NCBI GenBank assembly: GCA_028110365.1
Contig: JAOGVT010000006.1
Coordinates: forward strand, 1,872 to 65,871
Source: Flavobacteriales bacterium
GTDB taxonomy: Bacteria; Bacteroidota; Bacteroidia; Flavobacteriales; UBA7430
Direction: 5' to 3'
Length of the DNA: 64,000 nucleotides
The notes beneath the pieces are model-generated. The model did no database searches. It worked only from the letters and a program-made list of their open reading frames with translations, and was not told the origin of the DNA. Every line of letters starts with the position of its first letter. Positions within the stretch are counted from its first letter, which is position 1. A program made the position numbers and the translations under genes. Shown piece by piece: positions 1 through 10,224 of the stretch.

Positions 1-1809
1 GATGGAGTTACAAGCGAGGCTAAAAACCCACAACATACCTACACAATACCTGGACTATATCAAGTATTCCATAGCGTTACTTCAAAAAATGGGTGTTATA
101 GCGACACGCTAATCTCCACGTTATTTGAAATCTATGAAAATCCAACAGCATCACTTTCGTTCACAATTACAAATGATGCGTTTTGTTATGGTCTAGCAGA
201 AGTTCAGTTTGAAAACACCTCAACTTACCCTACCGACTCCATCCTTTCTTCATGGACGTTTAATTTAGACACGAATAGTAACTATACGGATTTTGAACCA
301 AGTATAGTATTTAACGCTTCAGGTGAGGTTGAAATAAATCTTGAAGTTACAGACTTAAGAGGTTGTTTTGATGATACAATTGCTTTAATAAATATAGATA
401 TACTGGATACTCTTGTAAACTTGCCATTGATAAAATATGTAACCGTAAATGAATTAGGCGTTCAAGTTGTATGGGGAGAAGAATCTCAAGATGACTATTT
501 TAAAAATATAATACTGGCACATAAAGAGAATCAAGATTGGGTGCAAATTTTCAACTCATCCGATGAATTTTTAAATACGTATAACCATACAATTTCGACC
601 TCGCAAATTAATAATTATGTAATTCTTCAGCAGGACTCATGTACCTATTATTCAGACAGTTCTATAATGCACTCAACTATTCATTTAACTGTAGAAAGTA
701 ACGAGTACGAAACTGTAGAATTGACTTGGAGTAATTACAAAGGATGGGATGAAGTAGACTATTATTCAATCTATAGATCTACGAATAATCTGGAATTTGA
801 TGAAATAGATACGGTAGAAAACACAACGTTATCATATATAGACACTGGGCTTTGTAACATGAGCTATTACTACTATGTGATAGCTCATCATCCGGACTCT
901 TTATTTGAATCGAAATCGAATACGGTTGAACTAGAGCCCAAATTTATAGACTTTGAAATTCCAATTTCGCTTTCCAAAACATCCGTTTATAGTTTAAACC
1001 CTTCTGATTTCTCTCCAAATAACGAATTAATTGTAACAGATTGGGACTACATTTATCAAAGTAATTTAAGTTTCTATAGTATCGATAGGTGGGACAATTA
1101 CTTTGGATGGATTGAGAACTATGCTCTAACTTCGAACCCTCCATTTGTTGATTATAATGTAAAACCTCCTTTACAAAAATACTATTACAGAGTCTCCTAT
1201 GGAGATGTTTGTGGAAATTCAGGTCCACAAAGTAATATTGGATCTAACATCATCTTAAATGGGACAAACAAAGAAAATCAGTTTCATCTAAATTGGGATT
1301 CATATTCAGATTGGCCTGGAGGAATTGACAGCTACACAATACAATTTTTCAATTCAAACTTCCAAGCATTTACAGATATTGGGGTTGTTTCATCGGACAC
1401 ATATGATTATATCGATAGAGAATTAATAGAAGAAAATAGGGATTCGATTTTCTGCTTTAGAGTCGTTGCGTCAAGTTTTTTAAATACTAATGTAAAAAGT
1501 AATTCTAATAGCTTGTGTTTAAATCCAAGCCCTGAAAATTTTAGCCCAAATGCATTTACGCCTAACAATGACGGAATCAATGATTTTTTCGAATTCTATG
1601 GATCCTACCCGAAAAGTATTCGTGTTAAAATAAGTAACAGATGGGGACAGATTGTTTATGAAAGCGACCAAATAAACTTCAAGTGGGATGGCACAAATGT
1701 ACAGTCTGGATTAAATTGCCCACAAGATAGTTACACGGTAGATTTTATAATTGAAGGGTATGATGAATCTGTTCATAAAACAAGAAAATCGTTAACTTTA
1801 ATTCGTTAA
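1..1809 (+). CDS. secreted PKD-repeat protein with T9SS type B (gliding-motility-associated, CHU_C-like) C-terminal sorting domain; 5'-partial
   Basis: Frame 1 is open from nt 1 through the listed 421 start, so the gene enters from the left edge. Nt 1-420 read DGVTSEAKNPQHTYTIPGLYQVFHSVTSKNGCYSD..., which is PKD-like. The C-terminus FSPNAFTPNNDGINDFFEFYG...ISNRWGQIVYES...FKWDGTN is the type B T9SS C-terminal-domain signature. Confidence 0.75.
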   Translation, partial: DGVTSEAKNPQHTYTIPGLYQVFHSVTSKNGCYSDTLISTLFEIYENPTASLSFTITNDAFCYGLAEVQFENTSTYPTDSILSSWTFNLDTNSNYTDFEPSIVFNASGEVEINLEVTDLRGCFDDTIALINIDILDTLVNLPLIKYVTVNELGVQVVWGEESQDDYFKNIILAHKENQDWVQIFNSSDEFLNTYNHTISTSQINNYVILQQDSCTYYSDSSIMHSTIHLTVESNEYETVELTWSNYKGWDEVDYYSIYRSTNNLEFDEIDTVENTTLSYIDTGLCNMSYYYYVIAHHPDSLFESKSNTVELEPKFIDFEIPISLSKTSVYSLNPSDFSPNNELIVTDWDYIYQSNLSFYSIDRWDNYFGWIENYALTSNPPFVDYNVKPPLQKYYYRVSYGDVCGNSGPQSNIGSNIILNGTNKENQFHLNWDSYSDWPGGIDSYTIQFFNSNFQAFTDIGVVSSDTYDYIDRELIEENRDSIFCFRVVASSFLNTNVKSNSNSLCLNPSPENFSPNAFTPNNDGINDFFEFYGSYPKSIRVKISNRWGQIVYESDQINFKWDGTNVQSGLNCPQDSYTVDFIIEGYDESVHKTRKSLTLIR

Positions 1810-1943
1810 ATAAAAATTAATAACTTTTGAAAACAGGATATTACTTCAAATAATTAAAATAAAATTAGCCGAATCTCTAGTAGAATTAACCAAACAAAAT
1901 TCTTCAAGGTCATAACAGTTGATTTTAAAAACTTGAAGTAAGA

Positions 1944-3893
1944 TTACTCGAAAGAATATTTTTTCTCAGCAGTTCCATCATCGTAAAGATATATAGTAAA
2001 CCCTTTATTATTCGTTGAAATTCTTCCCAAGACATCTATTATCTTTACAACATTTCTCGATACGGAAACTTCATCAATGCTCAGGTTATCACAAACATCT
2101 CCAACATTATTAGAATTATTATCTTCCTGATCTGGATTGGCTATCTCAGGACAATTATCTAGTTCATCACAAACACCATCAATGTCAAAATCGTTTAGAC
2201 ACTCTTGATTACAGTCATAAAACTCGGAAGCATAGGTACATGAGTTATCATCTGTAATTGCAGAGCTATTGTAATTACATGCCAATAAATCTGTGCATCC
2301 CAAAATACTTTGACACACGACTTCCAATTGCCAATTGTAGAAATAATAAAAAAAGTCTAAAGGATCTTCAGTCGTATTTGAAGTAATTTCAATTACATCG
2401 AATAAGTTAATTGGGAATGTACCATCTGCTACACTACTATTTCTATACAGACCGTCATTACTTCCATTGATACCAATTTTATAATCATTTCCCGGATAAA
2501 TAACAAAATCTAACTCAACTTGATTTAAACCACTTTCGAGAGCTATAGTAGATGAATAAATTTGATTTTCATTATCGTCAATAATTTCGATTTGAGTTGA
2601 AAAAGAAGATTCAGCATAAAGATCTATACTTTTTAATGTAACAGTCTCAAAGCAATTAAAAACCATATCCCACATATCGTTGTAATGAAAACCACCTGAG
2701 CCAAATTCTTCAGAAGTAAAACCTGTAAAACCAGAACTTGTATTTGCTAGTGAGTTAAAGTTTGTGAAGGAACTGTCAGTACAACCCAGTACTGTTGCAA
2801 TACAACTGCCATCGTCAATACAAGCATTATCGTTATAATTAGTAGAGTAAGGGTCTGTACACCCGGAAAGATAGCAGCAAGAGTTGTCATTAAATAATGC
2901 TTCTTGGTTGTAATTTAGAGCCAATTCATCCAAACATCCACAATCCGCACTTAATTTAAATTTTAATAAATCGTTAAAATAGGTGTCTGATTCTAGTTTG
3001 TAACCAGATGTTAAATAAACATTGCAACCAATAACAAAAGAACCTGGAGCCCATCTAGCTCCACCTGGATGAGATGTTAGCTGTGTCCAGCTATCTAACA
3101 AAGGATCATATTGCCATAACTCACCAGAGTCTAAAGGACCATGATCGTCGCCATCTCCACTCATAATGTAACCTTTACCATTGTATGAAAATTGAGTGCC
3201 AGCAACTCTAGCTTCTGAAGGAAAATCGTTGAGTTGAATCCAATTGTCACTACTTACATCATAGCGGTAAAAATCGTTGTAAATCTGAATAGTACCATTA
3301 TTTGTATAATCCCCATGCCCAAAACCAACGTAGGGTACCTTATCAATTGAAAAATAAAAAGGATGATGCCTAGCACCGAATGGAAAATTGGACAACTGAC
3401 CCCAAGTGTCGTTTAAGATATCATAAACCCACCAATCATCAAAATTAAATCCATCAGAACTTCCCATTCCTACAAATATTTTACCATCAGACAGAACCAT
3501 AGCAGGATGGTTTCTTCCAAGATAAGGGAAACTTTGTAATTCTTCCCACGAGTTATTAGGTATAGAATACACCCACCAATCCGTTGGATATAAATCGTTA
3601 TTACTTCCGAAACCAACATAAGCATTTGTACCATCAGAAACGCCATATGCATAGCCTCTTGGGCCACCAGGGAAGTTTGCCAATTGTTCCCAACTATTGG
3701 ATTGAACATCATAACGTAAAACATCACTTAAATATTCACCAGCATTGTTTTGTCCCGCTAAAACAAAACCAAAATCATCGTTAGAGAACGTTACTGGATG
3801 ATGCCTTCCATCCGAATCGTAATTACCAACAAAATCCCATTGTTGGGCAAATGTAAAAAATGGGATGAAAAGTAATAATACTAATTTATTCAT
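1944..3893 (-). CDS. secreted Kelch-type beta-propeller protein with Cys-bounded NYN modules, thrombospondin type 3 (Ca-binding) repeats and a T9SS type A C-terminal domain
   Basis: Signal peptide MNKLVLLLFIPFFTFAQQ. Five or more blade-like repeats (..SNSWEQLANFPGGPRG.., ..NNSWEELQSFPYLGRNHP.., ..NDTWGQLSNFPFGARHHP.., ..SDNWIQLNDFPSEAR.., ..LDSWTQLTSHPGGAR..). TSP3-like DIDGVCDELDNCPEIANPDQEDNNSNNVGDVCD. C-terminal VVKIIDVLGRISTNNKGFTIYLYDDGTAEKKYSFE resembles a Por-secretion tail. Confidence 0.7.
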   Translation of the reverse strand: MNKLVLLLFIPFFTFAQQWDFVGNYDSDGRHHPVTFSNDDFGFVLAGQNNAGEYLSDVLRYDVQSNSWEQLANFPGGPRGYAYGVSDGTNAYVGFGSNNDLYPTDWWVYSIPNNSWEELQSFPYLGRNHPAMVLSDGKIFVGMGSSDGFNFDDWWVYDILNDTWGQLSNFPFGARHHPFYFSIDKVPYVGFGHGDYTNNGTIQIYNDFYRYDVSSDNWIQLNDFPSEARVAGTQFSYNGKGYIMSGDGDDHGPLDSGELWQYDPLLDSWTQLTSHPGGARWAPGSFVIGCNVYLTSGYKLESDTYFNDLLKFKLSADCGCLDELALNYNQEALFNDNSCCYLSGCTDPYSTNYNDNACIDDGSCIATVLGCTDSSFTNFNSLANTSSGFTGFTSEEFGSGGFHYNDMWDMVFNCFETVTLKSIDLYAESSFSTQIEIIDDNENQIYSSTIALESGLNQVELDFVIYPGNDYKIGINGSNDGLYRNSSVADGTFPINLFDVIEITSNTTEDPLDFFYYFYNWQLEVVCQSILGCTDLLACNYNSSAITDDNSCTYASEFYDCNQECLNDFDIDGVCDELDNCPEIANPDQEDNNSNNVGDVCDNLSIDEVSVSRNVVKIIDVLGRISTNNKGFTIYLYDDGTAEKKYSFE

Positions 3894-4402
3894 AATAGAA
3901 GATTAAATAATGAGATGTTCTTAGATGAGTAAACAAATACCAGACCTTTTTTTTTATAATTGGCAACATGTCTGTTTTTTAAAGAATAATTTCAATCTTT
4001 TAGGTAATTATAGAACGCTGAAAAATTGAAAGTGAAGTGTAATTCATTTCAATTTAATGTAAACTTTTGGAATCCTAATGAAAAAATCACCTAAAATAAT
4101 TTGAAAATTTAGCATAAAATTACTTGAAAAATAGAGTACTTATTTATGTAGTTCTAGTCAAAAAAAAATGAATCAAAATGCTAGATTTTTTCTCACACTG
4201 TTAATTAAATACAGCCCTAAAATAAGCTGCATTGAGAACATTAAATTTAGTGTCCTTTACATAGAATTTAAATACTTTGAAAATGATTAAACGTACTATG
4301 TACACTAAGTACAGCGTTAAATTAAAACAAAAAAACGAGGTTTAATTAGTTAAAAAAATACTATTTTCGTGGCATAAATTAATCCCTTTTTAAAATTCAT
4401 TT

Positions 4403-5839
4403 ATGAATTACCAGGAAGAATTAAATGCAAGGATTGCGGAAGAAAGAGCAGCAATCGAATTGATAAAAGTTTCGAGTGATTTATCTTTCGAAAAATCAAT
4501 AGAGTTGGTCATCTTTCGGAACAAACTCATTGACAAAAGATCGAGTGAAATCTTAAATCTGCATGAATACGCAAAAAACTTTGTTCAAAAACCGATCACT
4601 ATATTCGAAACACTAGCAATGGCTAATGGCATCTCAAAAACGAATATAGCACCTTCAAAAATTGATCTTGGAAAACTCACTTATGAATGGATTAACGAGA
4701 AAGAACTTTACAAAGACTTAAAGTCATTTATATGCAAAAAACTAGATTTTGTAAATAATGAAAGTACAACGATACATCCTAAAGATGTCATTTTATTTGG
4801 GTTTGGGAGAATTGGACGTCTTTTAGCCAGAGAACTAATGGCGCAAGAAGGAAAAGGAGAGCAATTAAGATTGAGGGCAATTGTACTTAGAAATAACGAT
4901 GAACGAAACATTATAAAAAGAGCTTCGTTATTACGAACTGACTCAGTACATGGGAAATTTCCTGGAACAGTTGTAGAGGATGTTGCCAATAAATCTTTAA
5001 TTATTAATGGACAATCCGTTCAACTCATAAAAACTTCTGCACCAGAAGATGTAGACTATTCTGCATACGGAATTAAAAATGCATTGCTAATTGACAATAC
5101 CGGTGTATTCAAAGACAAAGTGGCTTTGAGCAGACATTTAAAAGCAAAAGGTGTTTTGAAAGTGCTATTAACGGCTCCCGGTGCCGAGGTACCGAATATT
5201 GTGTTTGGTGCGAATCACTTGGATTACAAACTAAATAAATACGATGTATTTTCTGCAGCTTCCTGCACAACAAATGCTATTACACCTATTTTAAAAATAC
5301 TAAACGACAACTTAGGGATTGTAAAAGGTCATATTGAAACTATACATGCGTATACAAATGACCAAAACTTAGTAGACAATATGCATAAAAAAGAGAGACG
5401 CGGAAGAGCAGCTGCGCTAAACTTAGTCCTCACAAATACTGGAGCAGGAAATGCAGTTGTTAAGGTAATTCCAGAACTAAAAAATAAATTAACTGCAAAT
5501 GCAGTTCGGGTTCCTACACCTAATGGCTCTTTAGCAATACTAAACATAACATTAGATAAAGAGATTACCTTAGAAGATGTTAATACTATTATTAAAAATG
5601 CGGCTCTAGAAGGCCCTCTAGTAGAGCAAATAAACTATTCTATTTCTAAAGAATTAGTATCTAGTGATATTGTGGGCAACAATGCTGCTGCTATATACGA
5701 CAGTCCAGCAACTATAATTTCTCAAGATGGTAAAAATATTATTCTTTACGTTTGGTACGATAATGAATATGGATACTCTCGCCAAGTAATGCGTTTAGCG
5801 AAACATATTGCAGATGTGAGAAGACCAATGAATTATTAA
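4403..5839 (+). CDS. gap: glyceraldehyde-3-phosphate dehydrogenase, long (~480 aa) form with ~125-aa N-terminal extension
   Basis: Rossmann motif ILFGFGRIGRLLAREL, catalytic SAASCTTNAITPILKIL, and WYDNEYGYS near the C-terminus. The length and N-terminal extension match the long Gap2-type enzymes known from Pseudomonas and Bacteroidota. Confidence 0.9.
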   Translation: MNYQEELNARIAEERAAIELIKVSSDLSFEKSIELVIFRNKLIDKRSSEILNLHEYAKNFVQKPITIFETLAMANGISKTNIAPSKIDLGKLTYEWINEKELYKDLKSFICKKLDFVNNESTTIHPKDVILFGFGRIGRLLARELMAQEGKGEQLRLRAIVLRNNDERNIIKRASLLRTDSVHGKFPGTVVEDVANKSLIINGQSVQLIKTSAPEDVDYSAYGIKNALLIDNTGVFKDKVALSRHLKAKGVLKVLLTAPGAEVPNIVFGANHLDYKLNKYDVFSAASCTTNAITPILKILNDNLGIVKGHIETIHAYTNDQNLVDNMHKKERRGRAAALNLVLTNTGAGNAVVKVIPELKNKLTANAVRVPTPNGSLAILNITLDKEITLEDVNTIIKNAALEGPLVEQINYSISKELVSSDIVGNNAAAIYDSPATIISQDGKNIILYVWYDNEYGYSRQVMRLAKHIADVRRPMNY

Positions 5840-5860
5840 ATAATGAGTGAATGTAAAAAA

Positions 5861-5895
5861 GCCTTGTTTAAATAATTAAACAAGGCTTTTTTTTT
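5861..5895. terminator. bidirectional intrinsic terminator between convergent gap (+) and trhO (-)
   Basis: 11-bp stem gccttgtttaa / ttaaacaaggc (5861-5871 / 5876-5886) with a 4-nt loop. A6 lies upstream and T9 downstream, so it reads as hairpin plus U-tract on both strands. Confidence 0.75.
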
Positions 5896-5938
5896 AAAAT
5901 TTCATAATTTAAAGAACTCTAATTGGTACAAAAACCAT

Positions 5939-6970
5939 TTATTTTGTTTTTTTTAAGCCAACTTTTCTCCCTTTATTAAAAATTTTATTGCTGTTTGGCG
6001 TACCCTTTCTCAACTCTTTCTGTTGTTCAAAGGGAAGAGCAGATATCTCTTTACAGGCAGACGAACAACAATTATCATGATTTTTTTTGCATTCTTCACA
6101 TTGTAAAAACAATAAATTACAAGCTACATTTAAGCAATTTGTATGCACGTCGCAAGCATTTCCACATTGATGGCAAGAAGAAATAACAGCATCGGAAATT
6201 CGCTCTCCTCTGCGTTCATCAAACACAAAGTTCTTACCCATAAATTTATTCTCTAAACCCTCGGCTTCTATTTGTCTGGCATACTCAATAATCCCACCTT
6301 CCAATTGAAATACATTTTTAAATCCTTTGTGCTTAAAATAAGCACTAGCCTTTTCACACCTAATTCCACCAGTACAATACATTACGATATTTTTATCCTC
6401 CTTATGTGCTTTTATATCCTCTTCAATAATAGGAAGAGATTCTCTAAAAGTGTCTACATCTGGAGTTATTGCGTTCGTGAAATGTCCAATTTCAGATTCA
6501 TAATGATTGCGCATGTCAACCAAAACTGTTTGAGGATTGTCAAGTATGTCATTAAAATCTTTGGCATTAAGATGAGTACCAATATCCGTAACATCAAAAG
6601 TATCGTCATTTAAGCCGTCTGCAACTATTTTGCTTTTAACCTTAATTTTTAGCTTTAAAAATGACTTATTGTCCTGCTCTCTAGCAACATTTAATCGAAT
6701 GTCTTTTAAAAAAGAAATGGTTTCCAGGTGGTCTCTAAAATTCGAGAACTGATCTGCAGGTAATGAAAATTGTGCATTTATTCCTTCTGGAGCAATATAA
6801 ATACGACCCAAAACCTCCATAGAATCCCATTTAACATATAGTAGGTCTCTAAAAACTTGAGGATCTTTAATGTTTGCGTACTGATAAAAAGAGATGGTAA
6901 GTCTTTTCTTTCCTGCATCGTCTATTAAAACAGCTCTTTCTTTTGCGCTTAATTTATTGTACAGTTGCAT
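5939..6970 (-). CDS. trhO: rhodanese-domain tRNA uridine(34) hydroxylase (UPF0176/YceA family)
   Basis: Near-collinear similarity to E. coli YceA/TrhO as I remember it: ISFYQY, EGINAQ, VDMRNHYESEIGHF, IVMYCTGGIRCEKASAY, GKNFVFDERRGERISD, CHQCG..CD.HTNC and a Cys-rich tail. Confidence 0.85.
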   Translation of the reverse strand: MQLYNKLSAKERAVLIDDAGKKRLTISFYQYANIKDPQVFRDLLYVKWDSMEVLGRIYIAPEGINAQFSLPADQFSNFRDHLETISFLKDIRLNVAREQDNKSFLKLKIKVKSKIVADGLNDDTFDVTDIGTHLNAKDFNDILDNPQTVLVDMRNHYESEIGHFTNAITPDVDTFRESLPIIEEDIKAHKEDKNIVMYCTGGIRCEKASAYFKHKGFKNVFQLEGGIIEYARQIEAEGLENKFMGKNFVFDERRGERISDAVISSCHQCGNACDVHTNCLNVACNLLFLQCEECKKNHDNCCSSACKEISALPFEQQKELRKGTPNSNKIFNKGRKVGLKKTK

Positions 6971-7044
6971 GCTATACTAATGTTTTTAATTAAAAAAGAT
7001 ATGTGCGAATTTATAAAATATTTTTTTTCCTTACTATTTTTAAG

Positions 7045-7707
7045 CTACTCCAAGCCTTTACTTTTCACATAAGCTAACATTTCTTTTAGTACACTTCGTC
7101 TAACTTCAATAAAAACAAGTAATAAAGTAAGGTTAAGAGAAAAAAGGTGAGGATAATTATTTAGAATATGTTCCCCAATAACTGTAGGAAGAACCAAAAA
7201 ATAATACAAAATGCTTATACTACCCATATTTAAATTAATGTAAGAACTTAAAACAAGATACTTTTTACTTAACTTTCGTATTGTATTATGTGATGAGTAA
7301 CTTGAATAGACAAGTAGAAAAATCCCTGCAGCTATAAATCCAAAATAGAGCTCATGAATGATACAATTAAATGACCTAACATAATAGAATATAAAAAAAG
7401 AACTTAATATAAAGCATATCCGATAGCTGATAAAAAGCGCTCGTATATGTTTGCGTATTGTACGATAAAAAAGTTTAGTTTGCATTTTAATTTTATGGCT
7501 AAGGATAGCGTCAAAACCATAAACGCCAAAAGTCTTATAGGCCAAATTAAGAGCTTTGGTAAATGTTAAATTAGGGTTAGATTTCATTTTAGATTCAATA
7601 ATCAAAATGAGGTAACCTACAAGTTCTTTTTGTAAATCAATATATTGGATGCCTTTCTTTCTAACGAACTCATAGAGTTCATCAATTTGATTTTTTGATA
7701 ATTGCAT
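7045..7707 (-). CDS. hypothetical multi-pass membrane protein
   Basis: Long ORF with a ~90-aa soluble N-terminus followed by several hydrophobic segments (ICFILSSFFIFYY.., FGFIAAGIFLLVY.., ISILYYFLVLPTVI.., LTLLLVFIEV). No family recognised. Confidence 0.5.
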   Translation of the reverse strand: MQLSKNQIDELYEFVRKKGIQYIDLQKELVGYLILIIESKMKSNPNLTFTKALNLAYKTFGVYGFDAILSHKIKMQTKLFYRTIRKHIRALFISYRICFILSSFFIFYYVRSFNCIIHELYFGFIAAGIFLLVYSSYSSHNTIRKLSKKYLVLSSYINLNMGSISILYYFLVLPTVIGEHILNNYPHLFSLNLTLLLVFIEVRRSVLKEMLAYVKSKGLE

Positions 7708-7888
7708 AATTAATATTGTATTCGTCGTACTCTAAATCGTATTATTTAGAAGCATAACTTAAATTAAATTATTAAAAATATTATTATTAAATAACTGTAT
7801 AAATTAAAATCCTATTGATTGTATTGATTGTACGACTAAAAACTTTACGATTAAAGTAGGTGTCAAAAAAACTAAATTGGTAAAATAG

Positions 7889-8872
7889 TTACAAAAGAGA
7901 AGCAACTAATTTCTCAACACTCATTCCCTCAGCATCAGCTTTATAATTCCTCACTATACGATGACGAAGTACCGGAAGAGCAATAGCTTTAACATCTTCA
8001 ATATCTGGAGAATACTTGCCATTTATTGCTGCATGAGCCTTTGCTGCAAGCACTAAGAACTGAGAAGCTCTTGGACCAGCACCCCAAGATAAATACTTAA
8101 CAACCTCTGCAGTTGCAAATTCTCCATCAGGACGTGTTTTTCCAACCAACTTAACAGCGTATTCAACTACATTATCAGAAACCGGAATCTTTCTAATTAA
8201 CTCCTGAATAGCTTTAATTTCTGTAGCTGATAAAACCTCTTTAACTTGAGTATATGTATCTGTTGTTGTAGCTTTTACAATCTGAACCTCTTCTGAAAAA
8301 GTTGGATAATCTACATTTAAATTAAACATAAAACGATCTAATTGTGCTTCTGGCAAGGGGTAAGTACCTTCTTGCTCTATAGGGTTTTGGGTAGCTAAGA
8401 CAAAAAATGGTTTATCCAATGCGTGCTGAACACCAGCAGCTGTAACCGAGCGCTCTTGCATAGCTTCAAGGAGAGCCGCTTGCGTTTTTGGTGGAGTACG
8501 ATTAATCTCATCGGCTAAAATTACATTAGAAAATATAGGTCCTTTAACAAATTTAAAATTTCTATTTTCATCTAAAATCTCTGCACCAATAATATCAGAA
8601 GGCATTAAATCGGGTGTAAATTGAATCCGAGAAAACTGAAGGCCTAAAGAATCACTTATGGTTTTAACCAACAGCGTTTTTGCTAGTCCAGGTACACCAA
8701 CTAAAAGCACGTGGCCTCTACAAAATATAGAAAGAATTAGCTCTTCCACCACTTTGTCTTGGCCAACAATTATTTTAGCAATTTCGTTTTTTAAACTCGA
8801 AAATTGAACCTTTAAATTGTCTAAGGCAACTATATCACTGTGTTGATCTTTCATTTTTATTTTTTTAACCAA
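7889..8872 (-). CDS. MoxR-family AAA+ ATPase
   Basis: Walker A LLVGVPGLAKT, Walker B ILADEINR, plus QNPIEQEGTYPLPEAQLDRF, typical of MoxR/RavA-like ATPases. An alternative start at M7 (8854) would remove the 16-nt overlap with the upstream gene. Confidence 0.85.
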   Translation of the reverse strand: MVKKIKMKDQHSDIVALDNLKVQFSSLKNEIAKIIVGQDKVVEELILSIFCRGHVLLVGVPGLAKTLLVKTISDSLGLQFSRIQFTPDLMPSDIIGAEILDENRNFKFVKGPIFSNVILADEINRTPPKTQAALLEAMQERSVTAAGVQHALDKPFFVLATQNPIEQEGTYPLPEAQLDRFMFNLNVDYPTFSEEVQIVKATTTDTYTQVKEVLSATEIKAIQELIRKIPVSDNVVEYAVKLVGKTRPDGEFATAEVVKYLSWGAGPRASQFLVLAAKAHAAINGKYSPDIEDVKAIALPVLRHRIVRNYKADAEGMSVEKLVASLL

Positions 8873-10224
8873 TTATACTGAAACAAATCAGATTTATAAG
8901 ATTTATGTACACGCACATAGGTTTGCTCTAAGGACTTAGAAATCCATTCTTCAATAGACTTGTCTTTTTTGCTTTCTAAGGCTAAATCTCTTATTCTTTT
9001 GTAATCATCGACTAAATTAACCTGATGCTGTTGTTTTCTATTCAATAGTACAAACATACGGTATGCTTCTTTACCGTCCTCCATTTTCACAAAAATAGGT
9101 TCTGTAATTTCGTTAACGTCTAGATTTTCTATAGCTACATTAATGCCTTGTTCTAATTGAGCTAGCTCAAACTTAGTATCTCCAGTAGAAGGGTTAATCA
9201 ACTTACCTCCATTAAGTTTAGTGGACTTATCATCAGAATAACGAAGAGCTGCCTTAGTGAAAACAAGGTCTCCGTTAAGTATTGAATCTCTCACATCTTG
9301 CAATAAATCTTTGGCATTGTTGAGATCTAATGGAGATATTTTTGGAGACATCAGGAGGTGGCGTACATCAACTTCATCTTCTCTTCGCTCCTCTAACACC
9401 ATAATATGATACCCATATTCAGTTTTAAATACATCAGACACCTCTCCCACCTCTAGACTAAACATAACAGCTTCGAACTCTTTGACAAACATCCCCCTTT
9501 TGATCGAAGTATATAAACCCCCATTTCTGGAAGATCCAGGATCTTCTGAATACAAAATGGCTAAGGTTCCAAAACTCTCTCCTTTTGCAATTCTAGACTT
9601 TAACTTTTCAAGTTTCTTTTTCGTTTCTGAAACTGCAGATGAGCTCGCTGGTGGTAGTTTAAGAATTTGAGCTACTTCAACCTCTTCGTTCACAATTGGA
9701 AGACTATCGGAAGAGAAAGTACCGAAAAATGACCTAATTTCTGAAGGAGTTATGGTTACAGAAGAAGTAATACCATAACGTACTCTTTGAATTAAAAGAG
9801 AACTTTCTATAGGCTCAAACATTTCTTCCTTGATTTCATATATTTTTTTATCAAAGTAGCTTTCTAATTGATCCTCTCCACCTAATTGAGCAATAAAGTT
9901 GTCGATTCGTGAATCAACTTCGTTTAAAACTTCATTTTCGGTAACAACAATACTATCCAGTAATGCTTGGTGTAACATTAGCTTTTGAAACAATAAATCT
10001 TCTAAAACTTGAACTCTCAAAGCGCTGTCTATTTCTAAACCTTGGGCTTGATATTGTAAAAGTTGTTGTTCAATATCTGAATTTAAAACGATGTTATTTC
10101 CAACAATACCAGCAATGCCGTCGATTACTACTTGAGCAGATAAAATCGTGGTAAACAAAAAGACAAATATTGCCGTAAGTTTGAAGGGTTTAATAAATCT
10201 CAAATTGATTTGATTTTTTGGCAT
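8857..10224 (-). CDS. SurA-like periplasmic chaperone / parvulin-type peptidyl-prolyl isomerase
   Basis: Signal-like FKLTAIFVFLFTTILSAQ. SurA-N-like region (IAGIVGNNIVLNSDIEQ...). One parvulin domain (..VAQILKLP....GSSRNGGLY...FE..MF.L..GEVS.VF.TEYGYHIM). Start set at M11 of the listed ORF; an in-frame TTG nearer the signal peptide is also possible. Confidence 0.75.
   Translation of the reverse strand: MPKNQINLRFIKPFKLTAIFVFLFTTILSAQVVIDGIAGIVGNNIVLNSDIEQQLLQYQAQGLEIDSALRVQVLEDLLFQKLMLHQALLDSIVVTENEVLNEVDSRIDNFIAQLGGEDQLESYFDKKIYEIKEEMFEPIESSLLIQRVRYGITSSVTITPSEIRSFFGTFSSDSLPIVNEEVEVAQILKLPPASSSAVSETKKKLEKLKSRIAKGESFGTLAILYSEDPGSSRNGGLYTSIKRGMFVKEFEAVMFSLEVGEVSDVFKTEYGYHIMVLEERREDEVDVRHLLMSPKISPLDLNNAKDLLQDVRDSILNGDLVFTKAALRYSDDKSTKLNGGKLINPSTGDTKFELAQLEQGINVAIENLDVNEITEPIFVKMEDGKEAYRMFVLLNRKQQHQVNLVDDYKRIRDLALESKKDKSIEEWISKSLEQTYVRVHKSYKSDLFQYNWLKK

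Noticed and set aside
1810-1943. Hairpin cttcaag(N23)cttgaag between the convergent cargo genes as a terminator.
   Set aside because: A 7-bp AT-rich stem with a very large loop and no flanking U-tract. This is insufficient evidence.
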